Shown: piece after piece, positions 31,318-41,087 of the stretch
Layout: each line of letters starts with the position of its first letter
Numbering within the stretch: position 1 is the first letter of the stretch
IMG/VR virus record: IMGVR_UViG_3300005758_000578
Span: 48,049-112,048 of that record
Strand: one strand, 5' to 3'
Origin: a virus
DNA length: 64,000 nt
Program-made: the position numbers and the translations under genes
Notes under the pieces: model-generated
What the model was told of the DNA's origin: nothing
Database searches by the model: none
What the model saw: the letters and a program-made list of their open reading frames with translations, nothing else

Positions 31318-31360
31318 CTAAATCAGAGGGATAAACCAACAAACCCTCTTTGTACTTATA
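31289..31360 (-). ncRNA. Candidate ~70-nt small RNA (hairpin plus terminator)
   Basis: Late-promoter-like motif at 31361-31375, stem AGAGGG/CCCTCT with loop TTTGTTGGTTTAT, then terminator hairpin; no ORF. Confidence 0.4.
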
Positions 31361-31399
31361 TACAATAATAATATACTGCAGTTGGTTTAATTAAGCAAG

Positions 31400-32272
31400 C
31401 TATTTTTCTAAAGCTTTTATAATATCTTTTGCATCAAAGATATCAGCATCTACTACATATGGATATTCCATAGGATCACCAATAATATTATACTTATGGA
31501 GATAAGAATATTTTAAACTTGGTTTTCTAGTAGCTGGTTTAGCAACAACGTTTGTATGTAAATCATAACCAAAAACATTTGGATCATTAGCAATCCAACA
31601 AACTACTGAAGGTAAACCTAATGCCGCAGTAGCATGATTTGCAAAAGAATCAATTAATAAACGTTTGGTAGACAGCATTAACAATACACACAATGATCTA
31701 AATCCTTCATTGACAGTTACTGTATTATGTAAAGCCGGTTGATCTTCTCTACGGATATGACAGATTACATAATCTTTAGAGAAATGATCTACTACTTCTT
31801 GTGCAATTGGAATAGGTAGATCTCTGGCCCAAGAATGTTTAGTCTCTTGACCTACGGCACCACCATTAGTTTGAATAACCATAATAGGCTTATCAACTAT
31901 GTACTTGTTAGTAAAGTAACTAATCTCTGAATTAGTTAAAAATAATTGTGGAAATTCTTCCTGGTAAGTATAGTTAAACATCTTTGACCAGGTAACAATT
32001 AAGTGCTCCTCACCTTTAATATGAGCTGCCTCTAAATAAGGGTTGTGGGCATGTACCTTAACTTCTTGATTCTCAATGTAATCTTCATAGAAGTATGTCT
32101 GTTGTCCTAAAATAAAAACCCTATCTACAATAGGGTTATTTAAAAACACTTCAGGAAAACCAGTAATGACAATTAATTTAGATTCTGGATGTGCTTTTTT
32201 AATTACCTCACATACAGCCGTGGCCATTATAGACTTACCTAGACCACCATCAATTTGAAAAATAACATTCAT
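31400..32272 (-). CDS. GT9-like (heptosyltransferase-like) glycosyltransferase
   Basis: N-terminal GGLGK..MATAV; C-terminal IDSFANHATAALGLPSVVCW, matching GT9 DSG..H.AAA. Confidence 0.75.
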   Translation of the reverse strand: MNVIFQIDGGLGKSIMATAVCEVIKKAHPESKLIVITGFPEVFLNNPIVDRVFILGQQTYFYEDYIENQEVKVHAHNPYLEAAHIKGEEHLIVTWSKMFNYTYQEEFPQLFLTNSEISYFTNKYIVDKPIMVIQTNGGAVGQETKHSWARDLPIPIAQEVVDHFSKDYVICHIRREDQPALHNTVTVNEGFRSLCVLLMLSTKRLLIDSFANHATAALGLPSVVCWIANDPNVFGYDLHTNVVAKPATRKPSLKYSYLHKYNIIGDPMEYPYVVDADIFDAKDIIKALEK

Positions 32273-32330
32273 AGATTAAATATATTTAAGCAAATATAAG
32301 TAATCTATGAATGTTATATAGATTTTTTTA

Positions 32331-33737
32331 TTATGGTACAATAGTCAATACACCAGCATTGCTCCAAACCGCACCGCTTGGAAGACCTACACTTGATGTA
32401 GGAATATTAGTTAATACTAAACGGTTAGCGTGAAAAGCACAAGCTAATCTAGAAGTAACAGCACAACCTACAACAGAACTATAGTCATGACTTGCCACGT
32501 TTAATAAACCTCCTAAAATATATGTATGAAGTCCACAAGCAGTATTTTGACCACCTGCAAATACACCAGACCAACATCCACTAGCTACGTTGCAACAACC
32601 ACCACCAATTGCACTTACCCAACCAGTAACACAGTTTAAGAATCCAGATCCTACAAAACCATTATTGCAACTTGCAAGGTTACGACCTCCACCACCAATA
32701 AATGTATATGGTCCAGTTGCCACGTTCAAGTAACCACCACCAATAAATGATGGGTCACCACCTGCTGTATTGCTATCACCACCCATAATTGAAGAACGGG
32801 TATTAGAAGTCATATTACATTGACCGCCTCCAATAAAATTTTGGAGTGAACATGTTCTATTATAATATCCACCACCAATAAAACTATTACTACCACCTGA
32901 AATATTATTACCACCACCACCAATAAAACTTTGAGATCCATTTGTAACATTATACTGACCACCACCAACAAATGAAAGAGATGCTCCAGGATTTACAGTA
33001 TTATTATATCCACCAACAATTGTAGAAAATCCAGAATGTACATAATTAGTACTACCTCCTAAAATAGCAGAACATGCTTCATTCATATAATTGTTTGTAC
33101 CATTACCAATAAATGAATATCTAGGTTGATTTCCTGTACAAACAACAAGGTTATTATTACCTCCAACAACAGCATTTCCAAAAGTGTTAATTTGTATAGT
33201 ATTAGCACTCCCACCACCAATAAAACCATAAGGACTACAAATTCTATTACCACCACCACTAATAATTACAGAATAAGTACTTGCAGCTATACTATTATTA
33301 CAACCACCAATAATACTATTAATATCGTCAACGCCACTTGTTCCAGATATAGTATTATTACTACCACCACCAATATTAGAATATTTTACAGATACATTAT
33401 TAGTAAATCCACCTGAAATATTAGAATATGGTCCAGATACTGCATTTACAGTACCTCCACTAATAGTAGAATAGCAACCAGTAGCATTATTTAATTCTCC
33501 AGATAATACTCCAGAATAAGCACCACTAGCACAGTTACTGGCAGCATCTCTTAAAGTAGATTTTAATCCGGTACCTTCTACAATAATAGATGATCCACTA
33601 GGAGGTGTAGGTCCTGGGGTAAGTGTATTAACATAATCCACTAAGGTATTAAGGTGACCCATTCTAGCCACATCAAAATCCTGACTATTTCTAATAAAGG
33701 GATCAGGTGATTTCGGTATAAATCTTTCAATTGTCAT
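32331..33737 (-). CDS. Fibre/decoration protein with GG..N beta-helix repeats
   Basis: ~15-aa repeats S(F)IGGG..N; C-terminal IPTS..GLPSGAVW; N-terminus shared with 50459..50884. Confidence 0.65.
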   Translation of the reverse strand: MTIERFIPKSPDPFIRNSQDFDVARMGHLNTLVDYVNTLTPGPTPPSGSSIIVEGTGLKSTLRDAASNCASGAYSGVLSGELNNATGCYSTISGGTVNAVSGPYSNISGGFTNNVSVKYSNIGGGSNNTISGTSGVDDINSIIGGCNNSIAASTYSVIISGGGNRICSPYGFIGGGSANTIQINTFGNAVVGGNNNLVVCTGNQPRYSFIGNGTNNYMNEACSAILGGSTNYVHSGFSTIVGGYNNTVNPGASLSFVGGGQYNVTNGSQSFIGGGGNNISGGSNSFIGGGYYNRTCSLQNFIGGGQCNMTSNTRSSIMGGDSNTAGGDPSFIGGGYLNVATGPYTFIGGGGRNLASCNNGFVGSGFLNCVTGWVSAIGGGCCNVASGCWSGVFAGGQNTACGLHTYILGGLLNVASHDYSSVVGCAVTSRLACAFHANRLVLTNIPTSSVGLPSGAVWSNAGVLTIVP

Positions 33738-33770
33738 TTTTATAATTATTAAATTTTATCAAATATTTTA

Positions 33771-33968
33771 TTAATTAGGTGCGGCACGTTCTGTAAGAAC
33801 TTCCTCAATTTCACCAAATTCCACATCAGGTTGACTATTAATAAACTGTACAGCTAATACAATATTAGTTGTTTCTACTAAACCATAACATCCTTTAGTC
33901 ATAGCAATGTTTAATGCTTCGCTGATAATTTGTTTAGCTAACTGTGGGGTCATTTTGTTGTTGTTCAT
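33771..33968 (-). CDS. Small hypothetical protein (possible fibre chaperone)
   Basis: 65-aa ORF between fibre genes, with A-rich leader. Confidence 0.5.
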   Translation of the reverse strand: MNNNKMTPQLAKQIISEALNIAMTKGCYGLVETTNIVLAVQFINSQPDVEFGEIEEVLTERAAPN

Positions 33969-33999
33969 AATTTATATATTTATTGGTTTTTAATATTAA

Positions 34000-34335
34000 T
34001 TATTCAGGAGCTACCCAGGGCAATGGTGTATTTTGAGGAACTACTGGAGGATTCTTTTTAGCATTAATAGCACCTTCAATACATTTCTCAATAGAAATGA
34101 TACCGTTCTCTCCTAATTCCTGTTTAATCCAACTTACTACAATATCATTTGTAAGATCTGCATAAGGAATAAAAGGAGTGGTTTTTTCAGTAGAAAACCG
34201 TGACATATTACTTAGAGAATATTCATATTCACCATCAGTACCTGTTACTTTGTAGTTAGCAACTACAACATAATCTTGCTCATCACCTACAGGTTTAGTA
34301 TAAAGTGATGTAATTGTCCAATTATAAGTTATCAT
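34000..34335 (-). CDS. Fibre-associated protein (MITYNWTI...FIPYADLT...PLPW type)
   Basis: Likely start at 34335 rather than 34383; pattern commonly found next to phage fibre genes. Confidence 0.6.
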   Translation of the reverse strand: MITYNWTITSLYTKPVGDEQDYVVVANYKVTGTDGEYEYSLSNMSRFSTEKTTPFIPYADLTNDIVVSWIKQELGENGIISIEKCIEGAINAKKNPPVVPQNTPLPWVAPE

Positions 34336-34357
34336 ATTATTATATTTAATTTCAAAT

Positions 34358-36196
34358 TTATGCCAATAATATCTTCTGGGCAACCCCGTTGATAGTGACG
34401 TTCCATACTTGTGTAGATGTATTGACTTCAGTTGCTACAGACCCAGCAGGATATGTTAAACTTCCAACAACCATTTCATTTGTAGTAGTTGCAGTTGCTC
34501 CATGACCAATTACGATAGAACCTCCATTATTACCATTACTTGCAGAATTCCCGATAACAATACAATCATCACCTATTATATCAATACTCATCGCTTGATG
34601 ACCTATTGCTATAGTGTTATTTATCAAACTAATATTATTATCGTATAAAGCACGAAATCCCAATGCTGTATTATTTAATGACGTACCACTTTGATACATA
34701 GATTCACTACCAACAGCGGTGTTTTGCGTTCCTGATGATATATTGAACATACAATTGTATCCAATAGCAGTGTTGTCATCAGCATCTGAAAAAGTTAAAG
34801 CGTATTGACCCACAGCCGTATTGTAGTTTCCTATCACGTTGCCTGATAAACTCGCATGACCCAACGCAGTATTTCCACCACCTGCTATATTAGAATACAT
34901 AGAATAACTACCAACAGCAACTTGTTGATTTTGCGTATTATAGTACATAGATTGGATACCAATAGCAACATTTTCTGTTGTATCTATTTGTTGATTTAGG
35001 GCTTCAAAACCTATAGCCACGTTATTGGTTGAAATTTGGCTATTTAACATAGCGTCCTTACCGATACTTACATTGTTCTGTCCGCTTGTATTGAAAGTCA
35101 TTGAATTTTTCCCAATAGCCACATTAGAAGCACCTGTAGAGTTAGATGTTAAGGCAGATGCTCCTATAGCAACGTTTGAAATACCCGATAGATTATTGTT
35201 TAACGAATCTGTACCCACAGCCACGTTTGAACTCCCTGTTGTATTAGCACTTAAAGCCCTATATCCAACAGCCGTGTTACTTTGCCCAGTAGTATTAGTT
35301 GATAAGGCTAACGAGCCAACAGCCGTATTAAAACTCACTGTATTAAATCGCAATGCTTGATGTCCTACAGCCACGTTTGAGCCTCCAGTAGTATTAGCCG
35401 ATAAAGCACCTGTACCTATTGCTACGTTGAGACTGCCAGTAGTATTTAATTGTAGTGATTGATATCCAAGTGAAATATTGTTTGAACCAGATGTGGTAGA
35501 TTGTAAAGCATATGTTCCGAGAGCCGTATTAAAATTACCTGTTGTAACTGCACTTAATGCTAAACGACCAATGGAAACAGCCCCTGCTCCTCCTTTTGCT
35601 CCTGAACCTATAATAATAGATTCTGAACCTCCAATTGCATTTGCCCCGATAATGACCGCATCAACCACAGTTGCTGAGCCAACATTTGCAAGATATCCAA
35701 TAGCAGTATTATTAGTACCCGTAGTTGTGGTTAGTAGAGACTGATATCCAATCCCAGTATTCCCACTAGCAGTTGTGTTGTTTCGTAATGCTTGATATCC
35801 AATAGCAGTTGTACCAGTTCCAGTTGTATTGCTCAATCCTGCTTGATGCCCAACTCCAGTATTATTAGATGCAGTATTAAATCCTAAAGCAGAATAACCT
35901 ATTGCAGTTATGCCCACTCCTACAGTATTTGCATATCCTGCTTCATATCCAATGGTAGTGTTCCAAGTTCCAGTTGTATTACTAGCAAGAGCTGATTTAC
36001 CAAATGCTGTATTAGTTATAACATTACCACCACCATAGTTTGTAACACTATTAGTAGAAAGTCTTAATGGACTAACTGTATTATTTTGATCCACTACATT
36101 TCTTAATGTAGCATCTAATGGTAAACCATTTTGAATTTGTAATATACCAGTATTTAATGCTGATCCTAGTGAAAAAAACTTAGCGTATTTTGCCAT
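34358..36196 (-). CDS. Fibre protein with YadA-like N(T/V)A(I/V)G 14-aa beta-roll repeats
   Basis: Many NTAIG..AL repeats across 612 aa. Confidence 0.75.
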   Translation of the reverse strand: MAKYAKFFSLGSALNTGILQIQNGLPLDATLRNVVDQNNTVSPLRLSTNSVTNYGGGNVITNTAFGKSALASNTTGTWNTTIGYEAGYANTVGVGITAIGYSALGFNTASNNTGVGHQAGLSNTTGTGTTAIGYQALRNNTTASGNTGIGYQSLLTTTTGTNNTAIGYLANVGSATVVDAVIIGANAIGGSESIIIGSGAKGGAGAVSIGRLALSAVTTGNFNTALGTYALQSTTSGSNNISLGYQSLQLNTTGSLNVAIGTGALSANTTGGSNVAVGHQALRFNTVSFNTAVGSLALSTNTTGQSNTAVGYRALSANTTGSSNVAVGTDSLNNNLSGISNVAIGASALTSNSTGASNVAIGKNSMTFNTSGQNNVSIGKDAMLNSQISTNNVAIGFEALNQQIDTTENVAIGIQSMYYNTQNQQVAVGSYSMYSNIAGGGNTALGHASLSGNVIGNYNTAVGQYALTFSDADDNTAIGYNCMFNISSGTQNTAVGSESMYQSGTSLNNTALGFRALYDNNISLINNTIAIGHQAMSIDIIGDDCIVIGNSASNGNNGGSIVIGHGATATTTNEMVVGSLTYPAGSVATEVNTSTQVWNVTINGVAQKILLA

Positions 36197-36216
36197 GATT
36201 AATTATTTTTTATTTT

Positions 36217-36726
36217 TTATCCTACTCTATCTACTGTTAAAATAACAGATGGTATTCCTGGTAATCCTAATGGTGCAGCATCATAATTTAACTGAATATG
36301 TGAGTCTGTTGCATACCATGCAATTTCTAAATAGTCTCCAGCGTTCATTGATTCCATAAAGTTCCAAGCAGGAACTAATAAATCATTATTATTAGCTAAT
36401 GTAAGCGCTGTATTGCTATCCGGAATATCTGCACCATTCTTTTTAAACCAAATATATAATGTCTGTGATGATCCACCAGAAGTTTTTAAAACTTGAGCAG
36501 AGAACTGAAAATTATATACTCCAGGATTTGCTACAGTAATTCTAGAAGCTTTACCTCCAAAAGTTACTATAGATACACCACTTGATAAAGCAGTGTTATT
36601 AAATGTCATTACTTCAGCAGCACTTCCAAGAGTAGTCTGAGTAACGGTAGAATAAAAACTACCGTAGTAGTTTGTTACACCACCACCAGAACTTGTTCCA
36701 AATTGGAAATACTTTGAATAACGCAT
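36217..36726 (-). CDS. C1q/BclA-CTD-like trimeric fibre tip protein
   Basis: YGSFYS...ITVANPGVYNFQFSAQ...WFKKNG.DI..S...GDYLEI pattern. Confidence 0.6.
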   Translation of the reverse strand: MRYSKYFQFGTSSGGGVTNYYGSFYSTVTQTTLGSAAEVMTFNNTALSSGVSIVTFGGKASRITVANPGVYNFQFSAQVLKTSGGSSQTLYIWFKKNGADIPDSNTALTLANNNDLLVPAWNFMESMNAGDYLEIAWYATDSHIQLNYDAAPLGLPGIPSVILTVDRVG

Positions 36727-37028
36727 TACTTACTTACAATATATGATAAAGTTCCTACACCAGATACAGAAATTGTTGCGGGATCTACTGTATCAATAGT
36801 AATACCAGCTCTATCTGGAAGCATTATAGAACTACCACCATCAATAGATAAGTCAATACTTCCACCAGTTGTATTGATAATAGTTACATAAACAGCTGAC
36901 TCAGAAGCTAAAGGAGTTAATACACCACCTAAAACTACTGTCCGGGAAATATCATTACCACGTCTTACTGCATTGTATAATCTCTCAATGAGTGATCGGG
37001 TCCAAACTTCAAAACTTTTAGTTAACAT
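36726..37028 (-). CDS. Hypothetical beta-rich structural protein
   Basis: 100-aa ORF translationally coupled within the fibre cluster. Confidence 0.45.
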   Translation of the reverse strand: MLTKSFEVWTRSLIERLYNAVRRGNDISRTVVLGGVLTPLASESAVYVTIINTTGGSIDLSIDGGSSIMLPDRAGITIDTVDPATISVSGVGTLSYIVSK

Positions 37029-37048
37029 CGTTTTATTATTTTAAATTA

Positions 37049-37495
37049 TTATGGGGTACAAGGTGATCCTGTAAGTACAGTTAATCCACCTGGGTTACTA
37101 TATGGTCCACCAAAACCATTGCTTAAACAAAAAGGACCTGCTGTATCACCATTAGCTACAGTAATAGTAACAGTGTTAGTTGGATCACTGCACAATACAT
37201 AAGATAATGACTGTGAACTACCTGTTGCATTGTTAAAAGTATATTCTTGGCAATCATTTAAATCTGATTGTACTTCATTACCAGCAGCATAAATACCATC
37301 ACCACAGTAAGATTGTACTTCTACATCATATGTAACACCACTAGTTAAACTACCAATAGTAAATTCTTCAGGAGATAAACCTGTACTAGGTACTATTAAT
37401 TCTGTAAAACTAATGTCAGTACTCTTCTTATACCGGATTTTATATTGAACCGGTACAGGAAATGGGGGTGTGAAGGTTATAAATAAAGTGCTCAT
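37049..37495 (-). CDS. Fn3-like virion protein
   Basis: YKIRYKK...LTSGVTYDVEVQSYC Fn3 signature. Confidence 0.6.
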   Translation of the reverse strand: MSTLFITFTPPFPVPVQYKIRYKKSTDISFTELIVPSTGLSPEEFTIGSLTSGVTYDVEVQSYCGDGIYAAGNEVQSDLNDCQEYTFNNATGSSQSLSYVLCSDPTNTVTITVANGDTAGPFCLSNGFGGPYSNPGGLTVLTGSPCTP

Positions 37496-38025
37496 GCAGT
37501 TAATGTTTTAAAACTTAATGTGATAGAAACGCAACAATCAGTAGATACAGAAGTACTTGTTTTAATTCTTACATAGTAAGTAGTATTTGCTACTAAGTTA
37601 ATTGCAGTCCATTGAGTATATGTATTATTCAAAGGTACTTGAGTTACACCAACAGCAAATGTAGGATCAGTGCTATACTCCAATTTTACTGCAGTAATTG
37701 CTGCAGGTGCTGGAGGATATGACCAAAACAAAGTTGCTTCAGTTGACTTAATATCTAAGATTTCAAAGTCTTTAATACTTTGACAAACAGCTGTAGGATC
37801 ATAACAAGTAGGATCTGTAAGATACAAAGCCAACTTCTTAATCACTACATCTAATCTATCTCCATTATTAATCCCAATATCATAGATATTATTTCCGGTA
37901 TATAGTACGCACTCAAATGCGGTAATCTCCTCACAAGGCTCAGCATTAGTACATACTGTAGTTACTGGAGAAGTCAAAGCGGTTTCAGTGCATCCGCATG
38001 GTGTTGATATACAATTGCAGCTCAT
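37492..38025 (-). CDS. Cys-rich, Fn3-containing virion protein
   Basis: ATLFW...LEYS...LVANTTYYVRIKT; Cys-rich N-terminus with CVLYTG. Confidence 0.6.
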   Translation of the reverse strand: MSCNCISTPCGCTETALTSPVTTVCTNAEPCEEITAFECVLYTGNNIYDIGINNGDRLDVVIKKLALYLTDPTCYDPTAVCQSIKDFEILDIKSTEATLFWSYPPAPAAITAVKLEYSTDPTFAVGVTQVPLNNTYTQWTAINLVANTTYYVRIKTSTSVSTDCCVSITLSFKTLTA

Positions 38026-38027
38026 GA

Positions 38028-39548
38028 TTAGTTAATTAAATATGCTTCTACGCCAGTTGGAGATGTACATCCAGTACTTGTAATTGCAATCAATTCTTTA
38101 GGACAAGTACGTACAACAGTTGGAATACCATCTACTGGTGTATTAATAATTTGTACTTCAAAGTAGTAGTTACCCAAAGTCAATCCAGTTACAGCTCCAG
38201 TTACAGGATTAGGTAATAATGTAGCAGCATTAGTATCAGAAGTAGATACTAAAGCTAATGTAGCATCATATACGTTTAATCTGTAAGAAGTAGTAGGACT
38301 AGTAGAGAACAGGTTATTAAATGAGTACTGAATCTCTCCAACACCAAACAAGTAACTAGAAGTAAGAGTTAATGTAGGACATCCAACTGTATTAACTACA
38401 GGGAATGTAATAGTATTCTGACAAGTCAAATCACTAGTACCATTAAAGAAACAGTAGTTAACTGATACAGTAAAGTCCTCAGCTAAGTTTAATGAAGAAC
38501 CAGAAAGATCAAAATCAGCAGATGATGCACCATCTAAGATACCTACAATGTTATTAAAGGTATATGTAGCACTATTAGCGCTGCTATCTGTAATGGTAAT
38601 GGTAGAACTTGGAGTAGGACATTGTACAAACTGACTAGGTACAACACTTCCAGGACTAGCAAAAATGCTTAAAGTACTTCCGCTAAGTTGACCAAAGAAT
38701 CCTAAGTCAATATCAGCACAAGTCTTATTGCAGCAATCTTGTAACTGGGTTACTAAACCACGCATATCACAGAGAGCAATCCATAAGTTATTGATGGTAT
38801 CAGCTAATGTATTTACAGATACTTTCCAATCAGGATATGCTGAAGCCATTGTACCAGGTAATGATAAAGCTGGCTCATTAGTAATATTACAGAAAGGAAC
38901 AATCTCAGCAGCTAATTCTGCAGGTGTTCCGGTAACAGCTTCTAAATCACATACTGCTTGTTCTACTGTTGCAAGAATAGTAGCCAGACTAGCAGTACCA
39001 GTTCCTAAACACACATACGTAGAATTTAATGGAGCATACGTGCTAGGTAAAGTAAGTAAGGTATTATTGATAGTAGTAATACTTGAACCATATCCACTAA
39101 CCACACTAGATAAGTTAGTTACTGTAGTTTCAAGATCACAAAACTGATTACCAATTAATTCAGCATATGCTACTACACCTAATGTAGTACTTCCGGCTTC
39201 TGCTTGTAAGCAAGGAGCTACATCACATGTTAAATTAATAGGACTAGGAATAACAATACCATCTACAATAGTGTAAAGATCACACAGCTTATTTACAACG
39301 TACTGAATTAAATCATTATAGTTTGTGTATACAAAATCTCCACCACCTAAACATGCAACATTTACAGAAACTTCTGCAGCTCTGGTATTAATATCACAGA
39401 GCAACTCTCCAAGTTTAGCTACTACATCAGTAACAGTATCTCCTTTGCATAACCCAATACATGGAATATCAGGTCCTTGCCAAGAAACACAGTTGGAAGA
39501 TATTACACTACATGGTGTGCTTTTATTATTTGATCCTACGGGTAACAT
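38028..39548 (-). CDS. Cys-rich tail fibre/baseplate-like protein
   Basis: CVSWQGPDIPC..LC.GD N-terminus, related to CVLYTG of the next gene; coiled-coil and beta-rich segments. Confidence 0.5.
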   Translation of the reverse strand: MLPVGSNNKSTPCSVISSNCVSWQGPDIPCIGLCKGDTVTDVVAKLGELLCDINTRAAEVSVNVACLGGGDFVYTNYNDLIQYVVNKLCDLYTIVDGIVIPSPINLTCDVAPCLQAEAGSTTLGVVAYAELIGNQFCDLETTVTNLSSVVSGYGSSITTINNTLLTLPSTYAPLNSTYVCLGTGTASLATILATVEQAVCDLEAVTGTPAELAAEIVPFCNITNEPALSLPGTMASAYPDWKVSVNTLADTINNLWIALCDMRGLVTQLQDCCNKTCADIDLGFFGQLSGSTLSIFASPGSVVPSQFVQCPTPSSTITITDSSANSATYTFNNIVGILDGASSADFDLSGSSLNLAEDFTVSVNYCFFNGTSDLTCQNTITFPVVNTVGCPTLTLTSSYLFGVGEIQYSFNNLFSTSPTTSYRLNVYDATLALVSTSDTNAATLLPNPVTGAVTGLTLGNYYFEVQIINTPVDGIPTVVRTCPKELIAITSTGCTSPTGVEAYLIN

Positions 39549-39635
39549 GGTTATATAAAGATATAGTGCACACCGGTATAGTGTACACTATAATATAAGA
39601 AAACTTTCTAATAAAATCAAAAGTATTAACTTACA

Positions 39636-39674
39636 TAACAAAAATACCCCGTTAATTACTTTATAACGGGGTAT
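39636..39674 (-). terminator. Intrinsic terminator
   Basis: ATACCCCGTTA/TAACGGGGTAT stem followed by a T-rich tail (TTTTGTT) on the minus strand. Confidence 0.75.
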
Positions 39675-39693
39675 AATCAATATTATGTACTAA

Positions 39694-40020
39694 TTAGTTA
39701 GCGGGATCTACAAATTCAGTAGTAACAATTGTAACGGTATCAGGACCAGTTACTACTTGAATTTGCTCAATTGCTTTATTGTGAATCAAAGTGATCAAAC
39801 CATCTCCCCAAAATTCTTCTACAGTCAGGTCAGTATTAATACGTCCTGGTAAAGAAGAGAAATTCAAGGGTTGCTTACCAGCTTTCCAATCTGCTTCAGA
39901 TTTGTAATAAGCTACAGAAGCCCAATCACCATTAAGCAAATAGATATTCAAATATCCAAATGCATCAGTTACTTCAAAACCTTCATCGGTTACAAGTGTT
40001 GTGTTTATAGAAAGTGCCAT
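39694..40020 (-). CDS. Hypothetical protein (108 aa), own transcription unit
   Basis: Preceded by the late-promoter motif and followed by a terminator. Confidence 0.55.
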   Translation of the reverse strand: MALSINTTLVTDEGFEVTDAFGYLNIYLLNGDWASVAYYKSEADWKAGKQPLNFSSLPGRINTDLTVEEFWGDGLITLIHNKAIEQIQVVTGPDTVTIVTTEFVDPAN

Positions 40021-40081
40021 ATTAAATTTTTTTATTTTTTGTTTACAGTATAATATACAAATTTATAATGAGTTAACCAAT

Positions 40082-40285
40082 TTAACTTTGGTTAAGCACC
40101 AAATCCGTATCTAGTTTAGCATTCATATCACATAACTCTTTGTTATAGATATCTAATTCCCAGTTTTCATCACAGCATGTTGCAATGCCGTATTTCATTC
40201 TCTTGAACACTGTGTATACAGCTTCAGCAAACTTTACGTTTGTTGATTCGGATCCACAGTTGTAACAGTTGCTGCATGCTTCCAT
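40082..40285 (-). CDS. Small Cys-rich protein
   Basis: CxxCxxC and YGIATCC. Confidence 0.45.
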   Translation of the reverse strand: MEACSNCYNCGSESTNVKFAEAVYTVFKRMKYGIATCCDENWELDIYNKELCDMNAKLDTDLVLNQS

Positions 40286-40428
40286 TCTATTCTATTTTTA
40301 AGTTGTTCTTCATAACTGGTTATGCAGCTATTGCATACCCTTGTTCCATCACTAGCAGATTTAATCTGACATCCGCAAGATAATTGTGTGTTACATCTTG
40401 GACATTTCATATTACCTTTTACTCCCAT
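40234..40428 (-). CDS. Small zinc-ribbon-like protein
   Basis: CPRC...CGC...CNSC. Confidence 0.5.
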   Translation of the reverse strand: MGVKGNMKCPRCNTQLSCGCQIKSASDGTRVCNSCITSYEEQLKNRIEWKHAATVTTVDPNQQT

Positions 40429-40434
40429 TTTGGT

Positions 40435-40983
40435 TTAATTACAATATGTGCAGGAAAGTTTATCAAGTTGTGTAAGAGCATAATTATAGATTGCCATACC
40501 TTGATCAGCATTGTGGCAAAATTCTACTTTAGCTTTTGCACCATCCAGCATAGTACGTAATAACCTCAACTTTGTAAGCTTCTCTTTCTCTGGGGCTAAA
40601 GGCTCACAACCAGATAGATTAACATTACAGAAGATGTTATAGTACTTATTCATTGCTGCTGTAATACGAAGATAATTATATTCTACAAATACTTTATCAT
40701 TTGGTGCTACACTATAACGAATTACATAAATACCATCAGGTAATGCTACAGGAACAGTATCACAGTTAGTGCTTTGAATACCTAACATGCATGCGGTAAC
40801 TAAAGTTTCCCCTCCTTCTACCATTGTTACAGTAACAGGATCTGTATATCCGGGAACTAAGATTTGTAATGTAGGACATGCTACAGCCAAATCAGCACTA
40901 TAAATACTAGTATCCACAACCCTCAATACATTTAAATTGAGAGTATCTGGAATATCTAAACTAAGGATGTGTTTGTTTGCCAT
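40435..40983 (-). CDS. Putative tail hub/structural protein
   Basis: LPDGIYVIRY motif; position in the crAss-like tail block. Confidence 0.45.
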   Translation of the reverse strand: MANKHILSLDIPDTLNLNVLRVVDTSIYSADLAVACPTLQILVPGYTDPVTVTMVEGGETLVTACMLGIQSTNCDTVPVALPDGIYVIRYSVAPNDKVFVEYNYLRITAAMNKYYNIFCNVNLSGCEPLAPEKEKLTKLRLLRTMLDGAKAKVEFCHNADQGMAIYNYALTQLDKLSCTYCN

Positions 40984-41033
40984 AATTGTAAAGTAGCATT
41001 AACTACTCATATATAATTTAATCATAATTTGCA

Positions 41034-41066
41034 AATAAAAAAAGGGGAAGATTTCTCCTCCCCTTC
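41034..41066 (-). terminator. Intrinsic terminator
   Basis: AAGGGGAGGA/TCTTCCCCTT stem plus T-run after the 41088 gene. Confidence 0.75.
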
Positions 41067-41087
41067 TTTTTTATGATACGCTCTGAA

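Noticed and set aside
32331-33737. Many GG dipeptides as additional cleavage sites
   Set aside because: They belong to the periodic IGGG..N beta-helix repeat and do not separate distinct modules.
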